A DNA stretch of 50,977 bases from a virus (IMGVR_UViG_3300024974_000003:1-50977); one strand, 5' to 3'; shown: positions 18,405-27,698, numbered from the stretch's first letter. Numbers and translations: made by a program. Notes: a model not told the origin generated them from the letters alone.

Positions 18405-20624
18405 ATGAAAAGAGTACTTATTTTCTTGCTGCTAACGATGAGTTTAGCAATGACGGCACAAACGACACCGTCGTATTCTAATGTTAAATTGACAAAGTTA
18501 CCCGTAGGTAATTTACACGACAGCGTGGTTCTGACCAATGGCAGCACCAAGTTGTTGAAGTTTTTGCCTGTTTCTCAAATAAAAGGCACAACGAATTTAG
18601 ATTATACGGCAAGTCCTACAGGTGGAACGGTATTTTCTAGCACCGGAAATGATGCGGTTTTACCATTGGCAACCACAACGAATGCTGGTTTATTATCGCC
18701 AACTGATAAAGGTCAAATAAACGAAATCGACGCCATAAAAAGCCAAATAAACCCAAACACTTATGTAGTTACGGATGCTGGAAGCTCACTTGTAATCAAT
18801 GATTTTACTTTAAATGCTGGTTGGTCTTGGAAAATAAATAACGTTACTAATACCAATGCTTCGCCAGTTGTTATTACTATACCGTTGGCAAATTCTGGGT
18901 ATCAAAGAATAGATTTAATTGTTTTGAACGCCTCAAATACAGCTGTAAGAGTTGTGGGAACTGAAAGCGCTGGAACGGCTGCATCGCCAACAATACCTGT
19001 CAATACCATTGCGATAGCTTCTATATTTAGTGATTCTACGGTTCACACGCCTGTTATTCCTAAACCTCGTTATCCGGTTACGCAATTTTTGAGGAATGGA
19101 GTTACGGATTATTCTCCGAGTGAGGATGTGGTGTATGATGCTTTGGCTTTGAAGAAAAATATTTCAACCGGAAACAACTACAAATGGGAAACTACAAATG
19201 CAACAGGAAATTTACAAGAAACTACGGTAACACCGAGTAGAGCAGTTGCAACAGATGCAAATGGATTGCCAACAGCAAGCTCAACCACAGCGACTGAATT
19301 AGGATATGTTAATGGAGTTACAAGTGCAATTCAAACTCAATTAAATACCAAACTATCTTCTTTCGGTTCAGTTACTACAAACTATCTCCCAAAAGTAACA
19401 GGTACGAATGTTTTTGGAAATAGTAGAATTTTCGATACAGGAACGTTCTTAGGAATTGGAACGGTCAATGCGCCTACAAAAGATTTGACGCTTGGGAATC
19501 AGTCAAATAAAGAAATAGGGGTAGAGCGAAGTGAAAGTACTATAAACGGAAGAGATTTGATTTTATCATCAGGAACTACGGTTAATTATGCACTTTCTAC
19601 TGATTATGTTAATACGTCTCCAGATGCTTTTTGGCATAAATCTTTGTCTTTTAACGTTAATGGTAATCTATATTCTACAGTAGCGAACGGGGGTAACGGA
19701 GGGGTTTATGTGCAAACGGGTGCGACAGGTACTAGTTCACGTATTTATGGCGGAATTGCGCAGGTCGGAACTATTGCTTCTTCAAGCGTGAGCGGAGATA
19801 TATATATATCTGGATTATCCGTTCCAGATATATATATATCTACGAACGGAGGTACAGCATTTAATTCTTTGAACACTGGAATGGTAATGAGTTATTTATA
19901 CGCAGATTTTAATAATAATATATACGGAACAAGAGGAAATAGTTTAATATACAAAAGAACCAACAATAGTGGTTCGTTTAATTCCTTATCTGGAATTACA
20001 GCAAGAAACTATGAAATTGTATTAGTACACCCAAATGGAAATATATACTCTACTGTATCGGGTATTGGAGATGTTTATATGCAAACCAATGGAGCCGGAG
20101 ATTTCAACCCATTAGGACTACCTTCTAGAGCATATACATCTGGAACAATAACTCCAAATGGAAATGTTTATTTAGTTTCAAGCGGAGTTACATATTTACA
20201 AACTGACGGAACTGGAGCCTTTATAGCGCAGGGTAGTCTTAGTAATCACCCTTTTACTTCTTTAGTTACCGATACCGTAGGTAACATTTACGGGACTGAT
20301 GGAGCCAATTGTCAATGTGGAGGTTTATGGAAGTTAAATTTATTCGCAAGCGGAACAGCTAATCTTAACGGAGGAACTTTAACACTTAAAGCCGGAACAG
20401 GGAAAGGAACTGGTTCTTCGAAAATACAATTTATTACAGGGCAAAAAACCACTTCTGGAACAAATATGCAGATTGAAACTGTTAGAGGTAGTTTTAATGA
20501 AAAAGGTAATTTTAATATAACTACTTGTCCTGTTTATTCTGACAATACCGATGCTATAAGTAACGGACTTATTGTAGGGGATTTTTATAGAACTTCCACA
20601 GGGGTGTTAATGATAGTATATTAA
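18405..20624 (+). CDS. Tail-fibre-like protein with Sec signal peptide and beta-propeller-like repeat domain
   Basis: MKRVLIFLLLTMSLAMTA|Q; fibre motifs LPLATTTNAGLLS and ELGYVNGVTSAIQTQLN; repeated NGNxY...QTxGxGxF blades. Confidence 0.75.
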   Translation: MKRVLIFLLLTMSLAMTAQTTPSYSNVKLTKLPVGNLHDSVVLTNGSTKLLKFLPVSQIKGTTNLDYTASPTGGTVFSSTGNDAVLPLATTTNAGLLSPTDKGQINEIDAIKSQINPNTYVVTDAGSSLVINDFTLNAGWSWKINNVTNTNASPVVITIPLANSGYQRIDLIVLNASNTAVRVVGTESAGTAASPTIPVNTIAIASIFSDSTVHTPVIPKPRYPVTQFLRNGVTDYSPSEDVVYDALALKKNISTGNNYKWETTNATGNLQETTVTPSRAVATDANGLPTASSTTATELGYVNGVTSAIQTQLNTKLSSFGSVTTNYLPKVTGTNVFGNSRIFDTGTFLGIGTVNAPTKDLTLGNQSNKEIGVERSESTINGRDLILSSGTTVNYALSTDYVNTSPDAFWHKSLSFNVNGNLYSTVANGGNGGVYVQTGATGTSSRIYGGIAQVGTIASSSVSGDIYISGLSVPDIYISTNGGTAFNSLNTGMVMSYLYADFNNNIYGTRGNSLIYKRTNNSGSFNSLSGITARNYEIVLVHPNGNIYSTVSGIGDVYMQTNGAGDFNPLGLPSRAYTSGTITPNGNVYLVSSGVTYLQTDGTGAFIAQGSLSNHPFTSLVTDTVGNIYGTDGANCQCGGLWKLNLFASGTANLNGGTLTLKAGTGKGTGSSKIQFITGQKTTSGTNMQIETVRGSFNEKGNFNITTCPVYSDNTDAISNGLIVGDFYRTSTGVLMIVY

Positions 20625-20625
20625 A

Positions 20626-21330
20626 ATGAAAAAGTTATTTATATTATTAATATTTCCAGCCATTCTTTTTTCTCAATCTAATTTTAGGTTAAACGATAAA
20701 GAATATTTCACTACTGCAATAGTATTAGACCCCAACGCTTCTATCAAGGAGCGTGGGGTTAATGTAGGGGCAGAGATTGAATATGTAGGTGTTTTCTACG
20801 TTAAAGCCTCCGTGACTAATTTCGAGGTCTTAAAAGACGGATATACGGATGTTACTGGTTCTGCTGGTTTGTCTTTTACTTCTGGATATTTTAATAAAAT
20901 CAGATATTACGCTGGTGGTACTGGTAGTTTTGTCACTGTAGCTAATACTGGTTCTATGGGATTATCTTGGTACGGTTCTGCTATGGGGTTTTTGCTTGAT
21001 GGTAGTATGTATATAAGTAATGGCGCTAATGTTTACTTACAGTCATCGCCGGGAGTTGGTACTGCAAATCTTAATGGTGGAGCTTATAAGATTTATTCAG
21101 GCACAGGAAAGGGCGTTGGTTCATCTAACATTGAATTTTGGACAGGACAAAAACTTGCAAGTGGTACAGATATGCAAGCAGAAACCCTTCGATTAAAAAT
21201 CGATAACGAAGGATATATAACAGCTACAACGATGCCAGTATATGCAGATAATACAGCGGCTTTAGCAGGAGGTTTGACAACAGGTAAATTCTATCGAACA
21301 CCAACAGGAACTTTAATGATAGTTTACTAA
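20626..21330 (+). CDS. In-frame chimera: beta-barrel N-half (aa 1-97) fused to fibre C-terminus
   Basis: N-part aligns to 21330..21815; C-part aligns to the end of 18405..20624. Confidence 0.8.
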   Translation: MKKLFILLIFPAILFSQSNFRLNDKEYFTTAIVLDPNASIKERGVNVGAEIEYVGVFYVKASVTNFEVLKDGYTDVTGSAGLSFTSGYFNKIRYYAGGTGSFVTVANTGSMGLSWYGSAMGFLLDGSMYISNGANVYLQSSPGVGTANLNGGAYKIYSGTGKGVGSSNIEFWTGQKLASGTDMQAETLRLKIDNEGYITATTMPVYADNTAALAGGLTTGKFYRTPTGTLMIVY

Positions 21331-21815
21331 TGAAAAACCTAATCCTATTATTACTAATCACTTCATTTGCTTTTGCTCAAAGTCAATTTCGTTTGAATAC
21401 GACAGAGTTTCAGCAATTTTCAGTAGCGGTTGACCCTTGCGCTTCAATTAGGGAAAACGGCTTGCATATAGGAATTGAAGTCGAGAATATCAGGAGTTTA
21501 TACGAGCGGTTTTCAATTACCAATTTTGCTGCCTTGAAAAACGGCTATACTGATTTTGTGGGAAGTTTTGGTTTGAGTTTTACACGTGGTATGTGGGAGA
21601 AAACAAGATTCTATTCTGGAATAAGATTAGGAGTTATTGCCCGAAATGGTGGACATCCATTGTTTGGTTATGAATGTGGGATTGACACTAATTTATGCAA
21701 GAATGTCAGCATTGGATTAAGAGCATACAGGGATTACCGCTCCGATATGGAATTTAATGATGGTGTGAACCAGTGGCGAAATAATGGATTGGTACGATTG
21801 AGTTTTAAGTTTTAG
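21330..21815 (+). CDS. Small outer-membrane beta-barrel-like protein
   Basis: Signal peptide ...AFA|Q; alternating amphipathic strands; C-terminal VRLSFKF. Confidence 0.7.
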   Translation: MKNLILLLLITSFAFAQSQFRLNTTEFQQFSVAVDPCASIRENGLHIGIEVENIRSLYERFSITNFAALKNGYTDFVGSFGLSFTRGMWEKTRFYSGIRLGVIARNGGHPLFGYECGIDTNLCKNVSIGLRAYRDYRSDMEFNDGVNQWRNNGLVRLSFKF

Positions 21816-21820
21816 AAACG

Positions 21821-22066
21821 ATGAAAAAATATTTTCTAATACTATTCACAACGGTATGCTTCGGGCAAAGTAGCATAGTAGCATCAGGAAACTCAACCTA
21901 CACAATTGGAGAAACATTTCCGATTATGCAAACGGATATGAAAGATGTAGAAGTTAGTTTGAGTGTGCCTAAATGGGAAGTGCCAATTGAAAAGCCGAAA
22001 GCAATTATTAAGAAAAAATCAGGTTGGCAAAAATTCTTTGAAGCAATTAAAAACTTGTTCAAATGA
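21821..22066 (+). CDS. Small exported protein
   Basis: MKKYFLILFTTVCFG|Q signal peptide. Confidence 0.65.
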   Translation: MKKYFLILFTTVCFGQSSIVASGNSTYTIGETFPIMQTDMKDVEVSLSVPKWEVPIEKPKAIIKKKSGWQKFFEAIKNLFK

Positions 22067-22218
22067 CACAAGAAGATGTTTACATAGAAGCACGGCCATA
22101 CACATTGAAAGATTTCGCCAAAAAACTAAATAAACGAGATAGAGAATTTCTTTTTGAATTGCTCAAACAATATTACAAAGACGGTTTTAAAAACTGTTTC
22201 AAGATGCTTACAAAATAA
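22063..22218 (+). CDS. Small protein (51 aa, MTQEDVYIEARP...), not in ORF track
   Basis: ATGA overlap with the previous gene. Confidence 0.55.
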   Translation: MTQEDVYIEARPYTLKDFAKKLNKRDREFLFELLKQYYKDGFKNCFKMLTK

Positions 22219-22241
22219 TATAAACTTTAAACACAATAATT

Positions 22242-22415
22242 ATGAAAAATTGGAAAACAACGTCAGCAGGAATAGCAATGATAGCTGGTGGAATTGTAGG
22301 ATTGTATTTTGCAATCACAACAGGCAATGTTACCGAGGTGACATTAACATCAACCATCGCCACTATTCTTGGTGGAATAGGTTTGATTTTTGGTGCCGAT
22401 GCGCCAGCAGCTTAA
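22242..22415 (+). CDS. Small 2-TM holin-like protein (57 aa, MKNWKTTSAG...), not in ORF track
   Basis: KNWKTT N-terminus and two hydrophobic helices; just before the lysis genes. Confidence 0.7.
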   Translation: MKNWKTTSAGIAMIAGGIVGLYFAITTGNVTEVTLTSTIATILGGIGLIFGADAPAA

Positions 22416-22423
22416 AACTAATA

Positions 22424-22450
22424 GGGCGTGAGAAATTGCGCCTTTATTTA
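22424..22450 (+). terminator. Probable terminator
   Basis: GGGCGTGA-GAAA-TTGCGCCC then TTTATTT. Confidence 0.55.
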
Positions 22451-22473
22451 AAAATTTTATAAGCCCCAATAAA

Positions 22474-22773
22474 ATGGATATAATCTACTTTTTGAAATAC
22501 ATAGGAATAGAATCACAAACTTTTATAGCTGGAATGAGCGGGGCGGTGGTTTTTTTAACAAAATCAAAGAATATGACAAGGACACAGCAATTTTTGACGG
22601 TATTGTCGGGAGGACTTTCCGCAAATTATCTAACACCGGTGGTGGCAAACTGGTTTAATCTTAACCCTTCTGTTTTGTATGGAATAGCTTTTTTGTTAGG
22701 ATACTCCGGAATGAAATCAGTCGAGTTATTGATAAATACTTTTTATAGAAAAATCAGAAAAGATGATCAATAG
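22474..22773 (+). CDS. Holin
   Basis: 2-3 TM segments, IAFLLGYSG motif, overlaps endolysin. Confidence 0.75.
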   Translation: MDIIYFLKYIGIESQTFIAGMSGAVVFLTKSKNMTRTQQFLTVLSGGLSANYLTPVVANWFNLNPSVLYGIAFLLGYSGMKSVELLINTFYRKIRKDDQ

Positions 22774-23359
22774 AAAATCAACTTTCGATAATATTCGAAA
22801 ATCATTTGGCAAACTGAATACAAATCAGGTTGAAGGCTTCACGGCTATTTTTGATGAATGGGAAGCTTCTGAACACGATGATTTGCGATGGTTGGCTTAT
22901 ATGCTGGCGACTGCTTGGCACGAAACAGCAAAAACGATGCAACCTATCGAAGAATACGGCAAAGGTCGCAAAAGAAAGTATGGTCAGAAAGTAAAAATGT
23001 CGGGTGTTGGATATTCAACTCCTAATCAAATATTTTACGGACGTGGATTTGTGCAATTGACTTGGTACGAGAATTATCAATTAATGGGAAGATTAATTGG
23101 AGTTGATTTATTGAACCATCCAGAGCTTGCACTTATACTGCAAAATGCAATCAAAATAATGTTTGAAGGAATGACAAAAGGAGCATCTTCTTTTGGAGAT
23201 TTCACAGGAAAATGTCTTGAAATCTATTTCAATGAAACTACCGATAATCCTGTAGGTGCAAGGAAAATAATTAATGGAATCGATAAAGCGGGTACAATTG
23301 CCGGTTATCATAATTTGTTTTTAACGTCAATAATTAAAACAACAAATGAATTATCTTAA
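22763..23359 (+). CDS. Endolysin, glycoside hydrolase family 19 type
   Basis: AYMLATAWHET, FYGRGFVQLTWYENY, ARKIING. Confidence 0.92.
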   Translation: MINRKSTFDNIRKSFGKLNTNQVEGFTAIFDEWEASEHDDLRWLAYMLATAWHETAKTMQPIEEYGKGRKRKYGQKVKMSGVGYSTPNQIFYGRGFVQLTWYENYQLMGRLIGVDLLNHPELALILQNAIKIMFEGMTKGASSFGDFTGKCLEIYFNETTDNPVGARKIINGIDKAGTIAGYHNLFLTSIIKTTNELS

Positions 23360-23951
23360 TTACATAAAATACGGAATAATACTGATCCTGGTGTGTGCCG
23401 GAATTTGGTTTGTAAAAGATTATCTCGACAAATCAGAATTCAAAAAAGATACTGAAGCTAATGATTTATCAAACGCTAGATTTGATTCTTTACGAGTGAA
23501 AACATTGATTTTTACCGACAAACAAATGATGGCCGCTTTGAAGCAGAATGACGATTACAAAGCTTTGCTGAAAGAAAATAATATCAAGCTTAACCGTGTC
23601 ACTTCGGTAATGAATCATTTATTGAAGTATCGAGATACAACAATTGTAAATACTGATTTATCAAGTGTTTTGGCTGCCATAAATTCAAAAGAAAATATTG
23701 TGATTCCAATAAAAGACAGTACGGCTTGTTTAGTCATAAAAGGAAATATCAATTATCAAAATGGTATTTTAGGTTTGAATATTACAGATCGGATATTTTC
23801 AGGAAACACAACCGCTATTGGTTATTGGGAAAGAAGGCCTTGGAGTTTTCTTGGCATCAAGACCAGATTTTTAGGCAAAAAACAAGGAACCGTTAAACTG
23901 ATTGATAAATGTGGCGAAAGTAGAATTATAAATATTGAAGAAAATAAATAG
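23346..23951 (+). CDS. Spanin-like membrane-anchored lysis protein
   Basis: N-terminal TM plus coiled coil; follows the endolysin. Confidence 0.55.
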   Translation: MNYLNYIKYGIILILVCAGIWFVKDYLDKSEFKKDTEANDLSNARFDSLRVKTLIFTDKQMMAALKQNDDYKALLKENNIKLNRVTSVMNHLLKYRDTTIVNTDLSSVLAAINSKENIVIPIKDSTACLVIKGNINYQNGILGLNITDRIFSGNTTAIGYWERRPWSFLGIKTRFLGKKQGTVKLIDKCGESRIINIEENK

Positions 23952-23972
23952 CTTAATCTAAAATCAAACAAA

Positions 23973-24311
23973 ATGTCAATACCAAAAGCGTTTGCAGATC
24001 ACAAAAAAGGCACAACTTGGGATGGTGCTGAATTTATAATTACTGAAACCGACGATAATGGAACTATTATTCCTAAGAATTTAACTGGAGTTGGCATTTT
24101 GGCACAGTTCAAAGTAAACAATAGTACTATTTTCGAATTCAAAAATAGTGACAATACTATTTTAGTGCCAACACCAACAAATGGAAGATTACTTTTCAAT
24201 TCAAGAGTAATGAATGTGCCTGCTAATACGTATTATTTTGATGTGATTTTAACATTAACTAATGGCGAAATTGAAGCAATTCCAACACATAGCTGGACTA
24301 TTTTTAAATAA
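23973..24311 (+). CDS. BppU-N-like virion adaptor domain protein
   Basis: KGTTW...NLTG...NGRL...YYFDV pattern. Confidence 0.55.
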   Translation: MSIPKAFADHKKGTTWDGAEFIITETDDNGTIIPKNLTGVGILAQFKVNNSTIFEFKNSDNTILVPTPTNGRLLFNSRVMNVPANTYYFDVILTLTNGEIEAIPTHSWTIFK

Positions 24312-24313
24312 TT

Positions 24314-24685
24314 ATGGAAGTAACGATAAACCAAACGGTAAAAAGGTATGATGTTGTCGTAAATGAAACGACAAAGCAAATTAATGTCAATATCATAAAC
24401 CAGAAAAAACAAACTTCTGTTATTATTTCGCCTTTAGGCAAAAGAGGATTCAAGGGAGAACCGAGTGTTTATACAGATATTGAATTAGCAGTTACACAAG
24501 ACGATCAAACACAATTCAATATATTTTCAGAGCCAACAATACAATCTAATCTTTTTATAAATGACAGCATTTATTTTAAAGATAAAAGTTACCAAATTCA
24601 AAATATATCCGGAAACTGGAAACTGATTTGGTTAGACGAATTTCAATTAAAAACAACTGATTTATTAATATTTAGAAAAATATAG
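24314..24685 (+). CDS. Putative virion protein
   Basis: Short collagen-like GKRGFKGEP; structural context. Confidence 0.55.
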   Translation: MEVTINQTVKRYDVVVNETTKQINVNIINQKKQTSVIISPLGKRGFKGEPSVYTDIELAVTQDDQTQFNIFSEPTIQSNLFINDSIYFKDKSYQIQNISGNWKLIWLDEFQLKTTDLLIFRKI

Positions 24686-24690
24686 AAACT

Positions 24691-25476
24691 ATGCAAGACG
24701 GAAAACAAATCAAAGACGGAACAATTACCGAAGCTAAAATGGCAGCCTTGCCAACAACTCCTTCAGGTGCAAACTCGCCAGCAAGTAAAACCTATGTTGA
24801 TACTCAACTAGCGCAATCCATCAACAACCAAGATTGGAAAGCATCAGTTAGAGCAGCATCAGCAACGAATATAGTTGTAGCTTCTCCAGGCGCAACAATT
24901 GGAGGTGTATCTATGAATACAAGTGACCGTGTGTTATTATATGGACAATCTACAGGATCACAAAACTGGATTTACATTTGGAACGGAGCAGCTACTCCAA
25001 TGACAAGAGCAACGGATTCTGATGGAAATTCAGAAGTAACTCCACAAGCGGCTGTTTCTGTCGAAGAAGGAACTGATGCCAATAAATCGTTTAGAATTAC
25101 AAATACGGGCGCCATAATTGTTGGAACAACTGCTATTGTAGTATCAAACTTTGTAACGCTTACAAGTGCAAATCCAAGTACAAGCAATAAGTTTATGACA
25201 GCAAGTGTCACCACAGCTGATGGTGATGTGGCTTGTGCAACCGGAATGGTTTCTACTCCAAACGGTGGAAGTTTTGTTGAAGTAATTGTAAATGGGGATA
25301 AGCCAGAAATAGGCAACGGTGTTAAAACTAAAGACTGTTATTTCAGTGGAGATTCAGGAGCAACGGCTAGAGCTTTCAATGCAATTATTACAGCAGATAA
25401 ATTGTATTGGAATGGTAGTATTGCAGGCTATCAATTAGCCATAACCGATAAAGTTTCATTTGAATACAACGTATAA
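24691..25476 (+). CDS. Putative fibre/decoration protein
   Basis: ASKTYVD, DWKASVRAA, DRVLL.GQ...QN.IY motifs typical of phage fibre proteins. Confidence 0.65.
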   Translation: MQDGKQIKDGTITEAKMAALPTTPSGANSPASKTYVDTQLAQSINNQDWKASVRAASATNIVVASPGATIGGVSMNTSDRVLLYGQSTGSQNWIYIWNGAATPMTRATDSDGNSEVTPQAAVSVEEGTDANKSFRITNTGAIIVGTTAIVVSNFVTLTSANPSTSNKFMTASVTTADGDVACATGMVSTPNGGSFVEVIVNGDKPEIGNGVKTKDCYFSGDSGATARAFNAIITADKLYWNGSIAGYQLAITDKVSFEYNV

Positions 25477-25628
25477 TGACGGACGGAAAACAAGTTAAAA
25501 ATAAAGCCAACCCAACAGGAACTGGAAAGTTCCTGAATGAGTCAGGACAATATGAAACGCCTCCAAGTGCTGGAGGTGGTTTGTCTTATTTAAAAGTAAG
25601 ACGTTTGCGAACCATTTTAAATAATTAA
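25476..25628 (+). CDS. Small protein (50 aa, MTDGKQVK...), not in ORF track
   Basis: TAATG overlap; GKFLNESGQY fibre-like motif. Confidence 0.6.
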   Translation: MTDGKQVKNKANPTGTGKFLNESGQYETPPSAGGGLSYLKVRRLRTILNN

Positions 25629-25632
25629 CCCT

Positions 25633-26802
25633 ATGCAATTAGTATTATCGTCCACAACCAAAACTTTAGAAATTGAAACATCAATTGCAGGAAGTATTCA
25701 CGTTGAAGTTTGCTATTCTGATATTACAGATGCTGACGCTTCTAATCCAGCAGATGCGGAATATGCAATTTCAACTGCTACTACTACTACAATAGTAGCA
25801 GCTCCAGCAGCTTCAACTTCTCGAAAAATTCAATATTTAAATGTTTTTAATAATGGAGTTACTCAAGCTATAAAATTAAAAAAAGACATTTCCGGAACAG
25901 AATATATTTTGCTTAAATGTACTTTGCAAAATGGAGAAGCTTTGCGAATTGTCAATGATAAAATAACTGTTATTGATGCTTCAGGACGTGAAAAACAGCA
26001 AAACTCAGAACAAAATAATGAGATAGGTGAATCTCGAAGTATTTTCAAAGTAGGAACAGTCCCAGAAGCTGCTGGTGTTATTTATTGTTTTTCTAAAGAT
26101 ACTGGTTTTCCTGGTGCGTGGGCTCCTGGAACTCCCGGAGTAAATGGTCGTAATACAGACGGAACTCAAGCTGCTGATGTAGGTTGTATGAATGTAGGAA
26201 ATCCAGCAAGTGGAGCTTGGTATTTACGAGATGGTAATATTGTAGGCACACAAACAGGCCAGTTTATAATAGCTGATATTTTATGGATAAACACAGGGTT
26301 AGTCGTCACAACATTAACAGCACAAACATTTACGCAGCCAACACTTCCTGCAAGAGATAACAATGGAGCGACAAATGGCGATGGAATTCAAGCAGGTGTT
26401 TTGGTAACTACAGTTACTACAAATGCAAGTGCAATTACTAATATGACTATGTCTTATACGAATAGCGATGGAGTATCAGGAAGAACAGCAACAATAGCTT
26501 CATTTCCTGCTACAGCCGTTGTGGGATCATTTGTAAAATTCCAACTTCAAGCAGGAGATAAAGGAGTTCGAAGTATTCAATCGGTTGCTCTTGGAACATC
26601 ATTAGTTACCGGTGCAATTAGTATTGTTTGTTTTGAAGAACTATATTCTTGCAGTAGCACAATTGCAAATGTTGGACAAGTGGCATTTGCAAAAAAATTA
26701 GATTTAAGATTGTACGATGGACATTGTTTAATTCCTTTTTGGTTTGCGTCAGGAACCGGAGCAGTTACCATAAGTGGAAATATGTATTTTGTAAATAAAT
26801 AG
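25633..26802 (+). CDS. Putative virion structural protein
   Basis: 389 aa, Thr/Ala/Gly-rich; last gene before terminator. Confidence 0.6.
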   Translation: MQLVLSSTTKTLEIETSIAGSIHVEVCYSDITDADASNPADAEYAISTATTTTIVAAPAASTSRKIQYLNVFNNGVTQAIKLKKDISGTEYILLKCTLQNGEALRIVNDKITVIDASGREKQQNSEQNNEIGESRSIFKVGTVPEAAGVIYCFSKDTGFPGAWAPGTPGVNGRNTDGTQAADVGCMNVGNPASGAWYLRDGNIVGTQTGQFIIADILWINTGLVVTTLTAQTFTQPTLPARDNNGATNGDGIQAGVLVTTVTTNASAITNMTMSYTNSDGVSGRTATIASFPATAVVGSFVKFQLQAGDKGVRSIQSVALGTSLVTGAISIVCFEELYSCSSTIANVGQVAFAKKLDLRLYDGHCLIPFWFASGTGAVTISGNMYFVNK

Positions 26803-26832
26803 TTTTGGTTAATTAGTTTGAATTGGGGAAGG

Positions 26833-26860
26833 AGCGCATCATAAATGATGCGCTTTTTTA
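26833..26860 (+). terminator. Intrinsic terminator ending the late region
   Basis: AGCGCATCAT-AA-ATGATGCGCT-TTTTT. Confidence 0.85.
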
Positions 26861-26962
26861 TTTGAGTTAGTTCTAAAATGGAAACAACTGAAAACCTCGC
26901 TAACCCTTAGTGGCCAGATTTAAAAAAACTTTCGAATTTCATTAAAAATAAATGCTTTTTTG

Positions 26963-27002
26963 TTTGCAAATGATAGTAATTTGACTATCTTTGTATAGTC
27001 AA
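26963..27002 (+). promoter_or_regulatory. hicAB promoter with overlapping inverted-repeat operator
   Basis: TTTG(26963)-19 nt-TATCTTTG(26986); TTGACTAT-N6-ATAGTCAA and GATAGT-N6-ACTATC. Confidence 0.75.
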
Positions 27003-27020
27003 TTAATAACAACAAGTTCT

Positions 27021-27200
27021 ATGAAATCATCAGAATTCCACCGAAAGGTAAAAAAGAATGGTTGGATACACATTCGAACCGATGGAAGCCATTACATCTA
27101 TGAAAAAAATGGCAGAACTTATCCAGTTCCATATCACGGAGCTAAAGAAATGGGTAAGGGATTAGAATTAAAAATAACTAAAGAGTTGGGGTTGAAATAA
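27021..27200 (+). CDS. hicA: HicA toxin (mRNA interferase)
   Basis: GW...R.DGSHYIY...PVPYHG.KEM..GL; ATG 27021 is a better start than TTG 26991. Confidence 0.93.
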   Translation: MKSSEFHRKVKKNGWIHIRTDGSHYIYEKNGRTYPVPYHGAKEMGKGLELKITKELGLK

Positions 27201-27231
27201 ACCCCGCTCTTTAATACCAAGTTTTGAAAAT

Positions 27232-27630
27232 ATGAAAACAATAAAAATTATTATTGAGAAAACAGATGATATGTTTTCGGCTTATGCTGAAAATGTAGAA
27301 GGAATTTACGCTGGAGGTGACACAGTTGAGGAAGTTAAGCAATCAGTTTTAGATTCGATTAGACTTTTGAAAGAATACAACACCGATGAGAATATTCCAG
27401 CTATGCTAAAAGGAGAGTATCAAATAGCTTATAAATTTGATACTGTGAGTTTATTGAACTACTACAAAGGAATATTCACTAATTCAGCACTGGAGAGAAT
27501 TACGGGAATTAATCAAAAACAAATTCAGCACTATGCAACTGGACACCGTAATCCAAGAATTGACCAACGAAAAAAAATAGAAACTGCATTGCATAGTTTA
27601 GGCAAGGAACTTTTAGCTGTAGAACTATAG
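27232..27630 (+). CDS. hicB: HicB antitoxin with C-terminal HTH
   Basis: FSAY...GIYAGGDTVEEVK RNase H-like fold plus LERITGINQKQIQHYATG HTH. Confidence 0.92.
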   Translation: MKTIKIIIEKTDDMFSAYAENVEGIYAGGDTVEEVKQSVLDSIRLLKEYNTDENIPAMLKGEYQIAYKFDTVSLLNYYKGIFTNSALERITGINQKQIQHYATGHRNPRIDQRKKIETALHSLGKELLAVEL

Positions 27631-27666
27631 AGTTATTGATTGACATTTTTAATTTTATTCTACAGG

Positions 27667-27698
27667 AAGCCCCTCAATTGAGGGGTTTTACTTTTTTC
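27667..27698 (+). terminator. Terminator between convergent hicB and integrase
   Basis: AAGCCCCTC-AATT-GAGGGGTTT followed by a T tract. Confidence 0.75.

Noticed and set aside
22154-22462. 102-aa ORF from the track
   Set aside because: TTG start and implausible composition; overlaps two better ORFs (22063..22218 and 22242..22415)
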